From Octopus sinensis (lineage: Eukaryota), in NCBI RefSeq assembly GCF_006345805.1, contig NC_043001.1, positions 58,652,001 to 58,716,000 of the forward strand: a DNA stretch of 64,000 nt, given 5' to 3'. The first letter of the stretch is position 1. Each line of letters begins with the position of its first letter. The translations under genes and the position numbers were made by a program. The notes under the pieces are model-generated. The model was not told the DNA's origin. It saw nothing but the letters and a program-made list of their open reading frames with translations, and did no database searches. This document shows positions 26,860 to 40,503 of the stretch, piece by piece.

Positions 26860-27062
26860 AAATTTTGGCACAAGGCCAGCAAGATTGGGGGATGGGATAA
26901 GTCGATTATATCGACGCCACTACTCAACTTGTACATATTTTATCGAACATGAAATGAAAAAATCAAAGTCCAACTCGGTGGAATATGAATTGAGAACTTG
27001 AAAGTCAACGAACCGCTACTGTGCATTTTGCCCGGCGTGCTAACTATGCCAGCTCACCGCTT
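26860..27062 (-). mobile_element. SINE S1 monomer
   Basis: TTTGGCACAAGGCCAGC...GTCGATTATATCGAC...TTTGCCCGGCGTGCTAAC...GCCAGCTCACCGC. Confidence 0.82.
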
Positions 27063-27779
27063 GACAAACAATACTAATCTTATAATAACACTGCTTTAGA
27101 GTAAAAGAGGGAGAAAGAAAAGTGACAGAGAGAAAAAGATGGACAAAGAGAAAGAGGGAGAGAAAAAGGCAGAGACAATACGGGAGACAAAAAGATGGCA
27201 AGAGAAGCGTCAAGACGTGAGGTCGAGGGAACGTAATTGTAATGCCTTCACGTGATTAGCTGAAGGGAAAGAGAGAATAAAAGAGAGAAAAGTAAGAAAG
27301 AAAAGTGTCCATGACTTGAGGTAGGGGCAACATAATATTCATTACGTGGTTAAAAATTTTAGCTGAAGTTAGTGATATAGAGAAGCGTTAGAAATATATT
27401 TTTAGCAGAGGGTTGATTTTCTTGTGGTGAAGTTTAAGAAAGGCAGAGTGAGGGGGGGAGAGATAGGAGAGAGACAAAAGGGAGATATAGGAGAAGCGTA
27501 GAGAGATGATGGTGGTGGTGGTGGTGGTGGTGGTGGAGGTAGTGCATAGTGAAAACTGCATTATTTAAAAATTGTACTAAGTTTTTATATCACCTATCAC
27601 TTAACGTTTGCGCATAAGTGCAATTTCATCAAATATTCCCGTTATTTACGTCCCAGATATATGCAATTTAACTAAAGGATGTATCGTATGTACGGCGATA
27701 TATATTTTTTGTTTGTGTATGGTAAAAATAAAAACTATGAGTGAATATTTATTTTATGAGTGTTGTGTATTAAGTCTAT

Positions 27780-27851
27780 AAAATTGTGCATAAAGTGTAT
27801 TTATCCCTGCCTGTCACGCTGGAGACCAGGGGTCGATTCCCTGCTGGGGAG
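27780..27851 (+). pseudogene. tRNA-Asp(GTC) pseudogene, 5' arm degraded
   Basis: TATCCCTGCCTGTCACGCTGGAGACCAGGGGTCGATTCCCTGCTGGGGAG versus canonical metazoan tRNA-Asp TATCCCCGCCTGTCACGCGGGAGACCGGGGTTCGATTCCCCGACGGGGAG. Anticodon at 27813-15; TTTTT at 27860-64. Confidence 0.85.
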
Positions 27852-30134
27852 GCTCATGCTTTTTAAGGCGGTGCAGCAGCATGACCGCAGTCAAACTGCT
27901 GAAACAATTACCAGAATAAAAAAATAAATAAGTAATCACTGTATTCCGATTTCCTTCACTTTTTAATGAGTAACAGATGAGCGACCATTTTTTCCAATCA
28001 GACGAGACACAGGCTACACTTTCAGGTTCTTTGGATTAAATTTTCAGAAATAACCCAATCGGTTTACCGTTAATTCCGTGAAATATTCACGTGTACCGCT
28101 AGTATTAGAACAACAAATTTGGGAACACTATGTAAACAAGTGTCATAATATGCACAGCAACTATAACTAAAAAAAAATCTTGTCAGTCCGTCCCATCGTC
28201 CCGGAGGACTAATTTAAAAGGCTTTGCCTCGGAGGAGTTAAGGTAGAAGCAATGAAATATCCATTCCGACTTACGGGTCTCGCACTTGAGGATTGCCATT
28301 TTTGACCTGATGCTAGGGAGCAGGGATGTAGTTCGGGGTCCAAGAATGCATAAGGTCTCTACCGGCGCAGACTCGACCTCAAATCTGACTGAGAGCGAAA
28401 AAGAATACCAGTCGCAACAACAATAAAGAATACTTACTACACTTACCAACAGTATTGCCAAAGTTGGGACGTATATCATTTATTGTGTTTTCTGGAATTC
28501 TACTCACAAACATATATAAGTGCATGTTCCTATGCAATAATCTCACTGTTTCACAAATAATCCTCCTTGGAAGATATGCAAGCAGGAGAGCTAAGTACGC
28601 GGTTAATTCTTAAAGGATGCGAAGGAGTACCGGGAACTCTTATTTGCGGCGATTGTTTCCGTTAAAAACTAATGAGAAGATATACTCTCCATGAGTTAAA
28701 AGTATAACTTAGAGAGATGCGGAGCGGCAGTTTTTTGTAACTCAACTCCGGCATTATGTCTTTGTTGAACAAAAAAGAGAGCTGTGAGATATGACTCAGT
28801 GCTACCTAAACCATAGTCATCGCAAAAACAATATGTCAACCGTAGCAAATACAATACTTATAAGAACGGCTATTATGAAACAAAGAAAAGTCATTCAAAA
28901 AACACTATTACCAACTAGTAAAACGGCACCAGCACCATCAACAGATGTAACAACAGAAGCGAGCTACACAAACCTTAGCCTCAATGTCGGAGAGTAGCTC
29001 CCAAAACAGCACAATGACATAGAGACCAGCAACGCAAGCCAGAGGGTAAAAGAATTTTATATCTACCACCATAGTCTCTATTACATCTTCAGATGAAAAC
29101 TCGTCTTACACGTTTACATATCTGCCTTTTCTTGCCGAGTCAGTGCTTGCATTGATAGTGAGACGAGTCCAATGCAAAATACATTTGTCGGGGCGAAGAC
29201 AAAATTATCTCAAAGAAAGGCCATTCAAGGTTTAAAACCATTATATCATCCACCAATGCTAATATCAGAGTTAAGAATGGAACGAAAACAAATATAGGAA
29301 AGGCGATAATCGTAACACCTAAATATACTGCCAAACACTGAAGATTAAATCCCCCTTATCCAATTCACACTTGTACTTATGAGCAATACCAATTTGATAG
29401 AAGACGTCATCACAAAACACACGCACAAACAAAAAAAGAAAATCATCTCCTCAAAAGGGCAGATTTTATTTGAAGAAAATGCATATAAGATAACTGCGTT
29501 TATTTTATTTATTTATTTATTTATTTTATTCTAGCAGGTCTAGTGAAAACGCGACTTTTCTAAAGAGAAAAATATAAATAATACGCGTAAATAACCACCA
29601 AGAAATTATCTTACAACACTTTATCCTGTCAGAGTCCCCAGCTTTTCCGCTACGTCTGATAGTTCTCCCGCATGCCTCTCTCAATCAGGCTAGCACAGAT
29701 TAGACAAGTTTTTGTCTTTCTCGCATATTTATTTCCTTAACCCAATCAGTTCGGCAATTACAATTATCTCAGATTAAACAATCCACTTTTTGTGTTTCTT
29801 CAAGCCGACTTTCAATCGCCATTATCCTATTCTCATACATGAATGTTATAACGGAGAAGCTGCTCAAGATGATAACAATGATGACGATGATGGAATAACA
29901 TTTAAACAATCACTATATGAAAACTGCTCTTCTGCTTCCAATCTAATAATATAATAATGTTTTTTTTTATGTAGTGTTCATTACCGTTGTGTCCACTACA
30001 ATCACCAATATCAACGACCCCCTTCCAATACTATTAATACTACTACCACTAAGACCGCCGCCACCAACACCAACTACGCTAACACAATTAGCATTACTAC
30101 TATTACTACTACTACCACCACCACCACCACCACG

Positions 30135-30195
<61 letters not shown>

Positions 30196-31387
30196 CACTA
30201 CTACAGAACCGGGGACTATTTTTCTAAACAATATTTGATCCCCACATTCATAGCTAGCTGCTATAAAGCTAAATTTTCCCTGAATTTCATTCGATAATCA
30301 ACCACTTTCATTTATTCTTTTCTTTTGCTTATTTCAGTCATTTAACTGCGGCCATGCTAGAGCACCACCTTTAGTGGAAGAAATCGACCCCAGGATTTAT
30401 TGTTTGTAAGCCTAGTACTTATTCTATATATGTGTGTGTATCAATTCGGGGCAAGATCAAGCCATATTGCATTCAATACAAGTACGTAACTTAAGCCAAT
30501 TTTAATTCTTTTCTTCTTCCTTTTTTTTTTTGTGAAATGTGTGTATATTTCATGAAGAAAGTGAGTGTAAATCTCGACTCACGACACCATTTTTTCATCA
30601 AAATACGGTTCTTCATTGGACTTGTATTTTTACGTAAAAATATAATAGATGCGCAATACTGGCGTGGACCAGGCCTTCTCTTTCCAATACATTATATTAA
30701 ATAGAGTGCCTGATGATTTAGTATTCATAAAACAAAGTATTAACAGACAAGTATTGAATATGCCATTTTGTATTTTTAAGTGAGACAAACACATACAATG
30801 ACAAACGAAATCGGTAGAAACAATTTTATTGTATATATGTTACTAATTTTACTCATCCTCAAATCATGGAATACAAAAGATACATTGGTCGGATTTGAAA
30901 ACCGAAGAAAGAAAGACATAAGTAAATCAGTGAGGCATTCGTTTGAGGAAAACATCTTTATTTCTAATGTGCGTAAAAAATTTCAGATGTGAAAACGTTT
31001 TTGGACTATATCGATTCTTCCCTCGTAAATATCGTAAATATAAAATTAATCATTAGTCAAGATCGTGAAACTGTTTTACAAATGCTCTTTGCCTTTATCC
31101 CAAGCCTTAGCGTTCTCAGTTCGAAGTCATATGGTGTGAACAATAGCTCTCATTCACCGAGGCTCAACAAATTGTGGAACGAATTAAGTATTAGGGATTA
31201 TCATATCGGTTCATTTCTCCACTCAAAATTGTTGGCTATGCGCATAAATTAGGAGTTCATGAGTGGTAATGTATTCTACGTATCCAGTATGTGAACATAA
31301 TATAGATAGAGAGATAAGTATATATATATATACTTATATACATACATACATGCATGCATACATACAGACATATACATACATACATAG

Positions 31388-31434
<47 letters not shown>

Positions 31435-31576
31435 ATCTGAGTGCGATGTAAATAGTAGCAATACGGAATCGTAACATAATTGACAACCAAGTGTGGCGTC
31501 CTACACCGCACAGTGCTACTGGCGTTTATGGCCCCAGGAATACATCTCTTCCAGCTGCCTAACGACATACATCCTC

Positions 31577-31620
<44 letters not shown>

Positions 31621-32035
31621 CACACACGCACATACACACACATACGCTGTGAACAACGTAAATTTGAGATCCAACAGCATGACAGAAATAATTTAATAAA
31701 TTGAAATGTAGGTATACTAAGATTGCAAACATCATATCAGGTCCGCAGACGTGAAGTAAAAGATACATATGTACATATATTGACAGATATGGAGGAATCA
31801 AAATAAGATTTCAATTGATAAAGTATTTTAGCCTGAGTTTTCTTGGTGGCTGGTGATTTTTTTTAAATATTTTCAGCTGCTGTATTCAAGATTCCCTATT
31901 CTTCATCATACAATAAATTCATCTTCGTGTTCTAATATTTGTTCGTGTTCATGTCACTGCGTTGTTATTTATATAATATGCGTATATACATACATATATA
32001 CTTAGATACATATTCTCTCATGCATACATACACAA

Positions 32036-32115
<80 letters not shown>

Positions 32116-33165
32116 CGGATATAAATATGCACATACATAAATACATATATATATATATAGCACAAATAAACCTCTGAACGAGGTATAAACAGTAACTGCA
32201 CGACAATGTGAGGTATACTTGCCATCTCAATATGGTTAACCACTAAGGGTGGGTGTTACTGTAGCTTGTAGCCCCAGGAGAACATCGTCTCCAGCTGGCT
32301 TTAGGCACACTTTCTGTGTCCTTATGGTATTTGCAAAGGGAGTTCATCCCTGCCGCGCCAACCTAAGTGATACGCACGGACTGTAGTTTCTAGGTATTGA
32401 CCTGTCGTCGGCGTATGACAATCACCGGTTTTCGATGTAGGGATGTCCCAATGCAAATACTTTTAATGTTTGTCTTTTACATGCTATTCAGTTTCGGTAC
32501 TGAATAACGAATTCAATTTCTGGTAGTTTGTCAATAGTTGTATAATTTGATTAAAATTTTTATATATACCTGCATATATTTGCATGTTTATACATGCGTT
32601 TTCATATTTTGTCTTTTGACCACCGGTAGATGATTTGCCGGAGCATGAGCTATTCGTATAGTAACTAATGTGGCTAGAAGCAATCATTCGAGTAATGCAT
32701 CACTTATTAAAATATTTTATGCCAATGTTTTTGAAACAGACTCCAAATTGCGACTTGGCTTGAACGCTAGAATGTGCTTGTTTAGCTGGAGGAGATTGGC
32801 TTCGATATTTGCGTCTACTTCAATGATACATATATCACGAAAATTGATCGCAAAATTGTGATCACCGGGATAATAGCAGAAAGTATCTTTCCCATTTATC
32901 CAAGATATTAACAATATGTAGAAAAATTAAAATATACGACCAATCCTGATAAAAGTACCTCAGTAGTTTCATAAATATGTATTAGACAACTGGGAACAAT
33001 CTGTACGTACGCCCATACATTTACACGTATTATGCATACGATTATATACCCAAGCATTTTCACATAGACATGCATCTGTTTTATGTTTAGATAGCACTAT
33101 TAAATAATATTTTATACGGTCTTACACTATGTTATATACGATTGTTCTTTTCTATTCTATTGTTA

Positions 33166-33257
33166 TATAATATAATATAATATAATATAATATAATATAA
33201 TATAATATAATATTATATTATATTATATTATATTACATTATATTATATCATATTATA
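33166..33257. repeat. Palindromic AT-rich pentamer repeat, (TATAA)n followed by (TATTA)n
   Basis: Symmetry centre at 33211/33212; ~45-bp arms with about 2 mismatches. Confidence 0.9.
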
Positions 33258-33822
33258 TGTCAGCCCGTATTATTTCATGAATACTAAATGATTTCAGATT
33301 GTGTTCCCTCACTCATTGAATAGTCAATTTGAGTCAGGTCGCTCTTGAGTGCTACTGGTAACATGTAAACCAGTACAACCTGTCGCATGGTCGGGTCGTC
33401 GGCGACTAAATTGGCAACCCCAGCTGGCTTGCTTTGTTAGGAGGGTGTTGTTGGACACCCTGCAGGATGAAAAATAAAGCCTGTCAAAGGGCGGATGAAC
33501 TCCTGAATAGTCAACGGCCATCCAACAAAATGGATGTAAATATGTATATACCTATTTTATGTGTATATGTATATTTTTACTCTCTCTCTCTCATACAACC
33601 CAAGGTGGGGCATAGGATCTTATCCACTAAATGCGGCAGCCCGTTGCAGCAGAAGACAAGGGTGAATCGTCTCCAGACTCCTCTTGCAATTGAACCTCCC
33701 CCCGCCTTCTGTCACGTGCATTCAGCTGAGAACTGTGCATCATCTCCGGCACCTTAAACTTTTCACAGCAAGTTTCGCTTTCATCATTCATCCTAAGAAT
33801 AGTTAATACAATATTATGATTT

Positions 33823-33871
<49 letters not shown>

Positions 33872-33891
33872 TAATAATAATAATAATAATG

Positions 33892-33963
<72 letters not shown>

Positions 33964-33984
33964 GAATTACAATAATTACAACAG

Positions 33985-34499
33985 AAAAAGATGGTATAGG
34001 CACACACCAGAAAAGGTCACAGAAAACGAGAAAGCAACCATACTCTGGGATATGCCGATACACACAGATAGAGAAATTAAGGCCAACAGACCAGATATAG
34101 TTGTCAGAGATCATGAAGGAAAAAAATGCTTTGTAATTGATGTATCAATACCGGCAGATGACAACGTGTCTCTAAAAGAAATGGAGAAACTCTCAAAATA
34201 CAAAGACCTGGAAATAGAGGTAACTAGAATGTGGAACCTGAAAACAGAAACAATTCCTATCATAGTTAGTGCATTAGGCATGATAAAAAAATATTCAGAC
34301 AAATACATAACAAAAACACCAGGACTTACAAACACATATAACATACAGAAAATTGTACTACTAGGCACTGCACACATCCTACGCAGAACACTTTCCATAC
34401 AATAACCATCAGAGCATCACAACAAATCACAGCACATACCCAAGGCACACAGAGCTGCGCTCGCTAGTGAAGTGAAAGCACGCTATAAAAATAAAACTA

Positions 34500-34502
<3 letters not shown>
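33985..34502 (+). mobile_element. R4/Dong-like family A copy 3, shorter 5' truncation, between (TAA)n arrays
   Basis: ORF 34052-34405 is nearly identical to the C-terminus of copy 1, with the same 3' end AAAACTACTG|AATAAT. (TAA)n at 33823-33960 and 34503-34562. Confidence 0.93.
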
Positions 34503-34565
<63 letters not shown>

Positions 34566-34650
34566 AATATTGTTGTTGTTATTATTGTTGTTATTGTTGT
34601 TGCTATTATTATTGATATTATTATTATTATTATTATCATTATTATTATTA

Positions 34651-34704
<54 letters not shown>

Positions 34705-35354
34705 GACCGTCAGTTCAGGATGCTACGATTCTGCCAGGTGTGGGACAGATCCGTCTGTTGGCCGAGTCTGTAGTGATGATCGCACCGCCACCCTACTTCA
34801 ATCGGGTAGGCAAGGCAGTTTCCCTTTGCCTGGTGGCTGTGGAGACAGAAATTGTTTACTGGACAAGGCTAAAAGGCATGAAAACAGATGCATTCCTCTT
34901 TGGTAGAGCTCTCATTGACTTCAAGTTTCTTTTAGAAAGGAAATTAAGAGCAGAGAGGGGAGTGCTGTCCTCCAGTGAGGTTACTGAAAGCTGGGCGAAA
35001 GTTGCGAAGAGAGCAAGAGTGGATGGTACCTCTCTAAGAGTAGATCTGTGAGCTAGAGAGAAGGAATTGAAGAGGTCATTTGCCCTTGGAGTTTCAGGGA
35101 AACCTTGGACTGTGGGGATCCTCGATTATCCCTAGAGGCCTTTCTTTATCAGGAGGGTTACATCTCTATCATCTTCCTCGCCACTTTTGCTTTTTTAAAC
35201 CTTTGTATGCTGTGTATATGTTCCTTCGTTTTCGGTGTATACTGTATATACTTTCTTTGATGTGATTCATCAATTCATTATATGTAAACCCCAACACTTT
35301 ATGTCTGTCTTTGTATTGTCTGCTCATCTTTCACCCTTGTGGCAAATAAATGAA
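34705..35354 (+). mobile_element. 3' end of a Tx1/L1-like LINE
   Basis: ORF 34740-35051 (GQIRLLAESVVMIAPPP...EIVYWTRLKG...ERKLRAERGVLSSSEVTESWAKVA) resembles the Tx1-type ORF2 C-terminus as I recall it. A ~300-nt 3' UTR has AATAAA at 35345-50, then (ATT)n. Confidence 0.7.
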
Positions 35355-35361
35355 ATTATTA

Positions 35362-35397
<36 letters not shown>

Positions 35398-35450
35398 TAT
35401 TATTATATTATTATTATTATTATTATTATTATTATCATCATCATCATTGT

Positions 35451-35989
35451 TGAGTGAGAGAGCAGTGCATGTCATCAAAATTTATGAAGCCCAATATACC
35501 CATCATGACTACCCGTTTGATAAGGGTACACTAGGCACATACATCAGAACCATATGTTTGCGATATGGTGACCTCATATCAAGACAAACAGCGCATGAGT
35601 TTGCAGGTGGGGCCCAGTTAAAATTTTCTTCTGGTCGAGTAACCCATCCCACTCAAAACGTCCCTGAATAAGGGTTGTTTAAGGATGTTGAACGTAACAC
35701 TCATGTTTCCAGAGGTGAATTATTCAAACCCCACGGAATCCCCCTCAACACATGGCTATAATGTTCACTACTTCTGCTCATGATCAGAGATGCACATATC
35801 GTCAGCCACTAAGGGACATGCTCAACTGGTTAAGGTCAAACAAATGACAAGCAAATCTGTGGTATTGAGCAGAATATTTGCTATAGCCCATCTTATATAC
35901 CAAGACAAAACAATGTACATGATAACACTTCCAATCAGTTAAGATGAGAAGCTACGAGAGCCACTGCCTGGTAATGCATCAGGGTATTT
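35451..35989 (-). mobile_element. X560 non-coding element, full copy
   Basis: Colinear with 47684-48243, with the same two ends; flanked by ATT/ATC repeats. Strand is inferred from the (AAT)n tail. Confidence 0.85.
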
Positions 35990-35999
35990 ATTATTATTA

Positions 36000-36039
36000 T
36001 CATCATCATCATCATCATTATTATTATTATTATTATTAT

Positions 36040-36107
<68 letters not shown>

Positions 36108-36130
36108 TAGTAGTAGTAGTAGTAGTAGTA

Positions 36131-36180
<50 letters not shown>

Positions 36181-36187
36181 AATCTAC

Positions 36188-36279
<92 letters not shown>

Positions 36280-36290
36280 TAGTAGTAGTA
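36000..36290. repeat. (CAT)n(TAT)n(TAG)n compound microsatellite
   Basis: Directly visible. Confidence 0.97.
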
Positions 36291-37424
36291 TTTCATTTAT
36301 GTTTTCAATGGTATGTTCAGAGTGTTAGAATGTCCCTATTAAGGACACCTGTTGAGGAAGGCCGATAACAGATTTCGGAGCTCAGAAACCTCTGCGTCTG
36401 TGTGATTATTTGTGTGTTCCCGTGAATGTCTGTGTGCTTGCGTGCGTACGTGTATGTGTGTGTTTTTATACTCATTATAGTTACATTTCCACATCCAGTA
36501 ACATAGCTTCATTTTTACCCCTGCTATTTTCCTAGAATACATGCGATGTTCACCTTTTACTAGAGGTACTTCAATGTGACTCAATACTTTCTAATACAAT
36601 AAAATTCATTTTTGTTAGATAATTTGATTTGGTACCCCTTCATCGTCTATATACATGCAGTATTCTATATTCTTACATTTACTCTTTCTTTGTACGTTTA
36701 TTCTGAAATTCCTGTGATTACTTTCTGTAAGTTGTTTCCTCAAATCGTTTTTTTACAGACAATCTTTTTGCAATGAAAATACCCCGGTATACTTCATACT
36801 TTGAGCATACATTATCAAGTATTTTATTTTTCCTTTCGAATAGATCCGAAAGGAAAATATCATGTAATAGAGAAGACATGTTCCAATCGCATTGCTGTTA
36901 ATGATACTTCGGTTCTTTTTCTTGTATTTACTATCATTTGTAATCTTTCCTAATGGATACTCCCAAGAATTGATGATGGATGATAATGAGAGATTGCATC
37001 TTGAGTGCACAAGCAAACATACGTGGCACACATTTTTTCCTCGATATTATTAGATATAGAAATTACATGTTTACTTTATATTCGCCAGCGATAACAGATC
37101 TTGGGAGGATAAGGGGTGTACTGGGCATAAGTTTGCTTAATAGACTTTAGACATATATAGTGATGTAATATGAACACGCTTTTATTCCAGTACCTTGGAT
37201 TGACATTCAGTTGTTAACTTAAAGCTTTTTGATGGATAGACACCTAGCTATTGTATTGTCTTGCTTTCAGCTACATAGTTTAAATCATCTATAGAAGTAT
37301 GTATATCTACCCTTACTTTCTCACTATACACTATCGCCGAACTCACATAAACACACACATACACGTACGCACAGATCACACACATATATAAATATATATA
37401 TATATAGAGAGAGAGAGAGGAGAC

Positions 37425-37548
<124 letters not shown>

Positions 37549-38814
37549 TAATATATATGTATAAAGGATAAAACATCGGAACTGATAGCCGTTACAAACT
37601 AACTAACTAACTCTAAACAATGCATGCTGATTCCTTCAGGACATCCAAAACAGACATAAAGAAACATCCTTTGATATAGAAAGAAGAATTTCAATTTGCA
37701 CAGTTACTTTGGAACTGGGAATAAAAGACTCCACTAATGAAGAAAATTATTATTGGAAAAATAGATTTCAACGATTCTAATATTGCGCAAAAAGAATAGA
37801 CATACCTGAATTACGAATGACGAGCAGGGTTCCTGACTGGATGCATATTCTGTGTTATAGAAATCACGTCAAACAAGAATATTCTCTATATATATCTATG
37901 GAGACGTACCAAACATTAAAGCACGATGCAAAACAAATGTGGCAGCCAGTCAGCCACCTAACAATGATAATTTACCAACAGCCAAATAACATTAATCGTT
38001 CAACAATAGTCAAGAGTGTAATCAATCTAACTACACAAACGTATTAAGTTTAATTAAAGTCGCATGAAGCAAATCTAAATGAGAACATATTTTCAGGGGG
38101 AAAATACGTTAAAAATATATCAGAAATATATAAAAGAAAACCAACTATTGCTGAGTACGCTGTAGCAAAAATACATTCCCTAAAATCCCCATCGCAATAT
38201 ACTGTTCAGTTTCATGCCTAAAAGGTGAAGAAAGAATGATATGCACTATTATAAGGATACCCAACTTACTGTTATAAACATACACGCAAGAAGTGTATTT
38301 CTGATATTTCAACTTTTCTGAGGAAATGGTCTTACTGTCACATGACACCGTCACTGGACCAATAAATTTGAATTTCGGCTCGTCCGTATTGCCACGCTAT
38401 CCTAATAAGCGAACTGTTTGTGCAATTTTTATTTATACTTTCAATGGCATATTCACTAGTCTACCAACCATTGATATTCGGTACATTTATCGTTTCATGC
38501 AATCAAATCACACTTATTTGAATAATGACCGAATTCGATGTTTGATTTAATTATTTATTTATTTTGAAATTTGTGCCAGAATCCCTCTACAAACAAGGGA
38601 GAAATATTAAATTGTTTTGTTAGAGATGAACCTATTGCGCCATGGCTTCACTTTTCTCTCAGTCTCACACTAAATTTGTAAATCATAAAGTTATGAAAAC
38701 AGGTAAATTATTGTAAATGAAATAGTTTTACAAGCTCTACGTTGATTATCCTTGAGGACAAATAAAACTTAATTACACACATACAAACACACACACACAT
38801 ATACTTTTCAGCTC

Positions 38815-39190
38815 TTGGCACAAGGACCGAAATTTTAGGGGAGGAGGGCAAGTCCCTTAGATCGCCCCCATTACGAAACTGGTTCTTAATTTATCGACCC
38901 CAAAAGGAGGAAAAGCAAAGTCGACTTTGACGGAATTTGAACTCAGAACGTACCGGCAGAGGAAATACCTATTTCTTTACTACCCACAAGGGGCTAAACA
39001 CAGAGAGGACAAACAAGGACAGACAAACAGATTAAGTCGATTATATCGACCCCAGTGCGTAACTGGTACTTATTTAATCGACCCCGAAAGGATGAAAGGC
39101 AAAGTCGACCTCGGCGGAATTTGAACTCAGAACGTAGCGGTAGACGAAATACCGCTACGCACTTTGCCCGGCGTTTCTGCCAGCTAGCCG
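38815..39190 (-). mobile_element. SINE S1 dimer (head, two ~180-bp modules, tail)
   Basis: GGAATTTGAACTCAGAACGTA occurs twice ~185 bp apart; head at ~39160-39190, tail at ~38815. Confidence 0.85.
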
Positions 39191-39691
39191 TCTTTACATA
39201 TATATGTATGTTTATATCATTTACCGTTTTTGTATACTTGCTTCTGTCATTTGAATACGGCCATGCTGGAGCACCATATATACTAATACATTTATATATA
39301 CATGCACACACATACACACACACGCACACGCACATATATTTGCAGACATCTCGGAAGTAAAAAGACATGCGTCATTATACTTTTTTCATGTGCTTACACT
39401 ACTCATTAGTATGATTACCAAATGGTTTAGACAATTAAAAACGGCACATGACATGTCTGCTAAATAATAGATTAAGTATTTAAAAGCTGTATCAGATTGC
39501 ATTTTGTGTTTTCTACAAATCAATCTTTCAGTAGTAATGGTTATTATTTACTTTTGAAATATCTGTGTGCGTGTGTATATGCATGTGTGTATATGCATGT
39601 GTGTATATGCATGTGTGTATATGCATGTGTGTATATGCATGTGTGTATATGTGTGTGTATCTCTGAATATATCGGAACTTATGTAAATATG

Positions 39692-39730
<39 letters not shown>

Positions 39731-40503
39731 CTGCATGAGTGCCTGTGCGTATTTGTGCGTATGTGTGACCGAACTGCAAAAATACTTTTTCACATACAGC
39801 AATAATATTAGACAAAAATATTCAGACAATGATTCAGATGAGAAATAATTTTTTTAAAATCGCAGATTTTCGTTCTAACATGTGAAAAGTGTTAAGTGTT
39901 GAAGAAAAATAAAATATAAAACAAACTTTACAGTTTATTTCTTACATTTAATAATATTTGCTATATTTAATAAGACAAATTTGTATATGAACCTTCCATC
40001 TATAAGACGTTACACAATAGACTTAATTAAGATCAAAGGTAGAATATATTTATTAATTAAGAAATACTTGATTAAATTTACATTAGTCAAAGGTACTCAT
40101 GACAAATCAAATTAAAGTAATATACATAAACGATAACTTAGAGATAAAATGAGAAATTAATATTGCAAGCAACGAGGAATTGATTATTTACTGACGTTAA
40201 GTCGTCTACTTCCTAATAATCAATATTAAGTTGTAAAGTTAATGTACAGCCAATTTGGGATTTATACACGTGATTTTCTACCTTCGCGACATGATCACTC
40301 CAAGAATCACATTCAAAATGTCGACCACTATCAGCACTGCCAACATCACCTTGAGCAACCCGACGAGTTAGCGTCTCTGTGGTTGTTCAAGCAACTAAAA
40401 TTAGCAGCCTAATCACCTTGACACTTCATGTTAAATATTCCGCCTTTGAAAGTATTGTATAAAGTAATCTTTTATAGAATATAAAAGAAAGAAAAAAGAA
40501 GTA

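Noticed and set aside
30650-31250. Possible very old LINE RT remnant; similar hints at ~14850-15150, ~36420-37030 and ~61270-61600
   Set aside because: Only vague motif echoes; a profile HMM search would be needed.
32717-32914. 65-aa minus-strand ORF with normal composition
   Set aside because: No recognisable family, no clear splice signals, and a length expected by chance.
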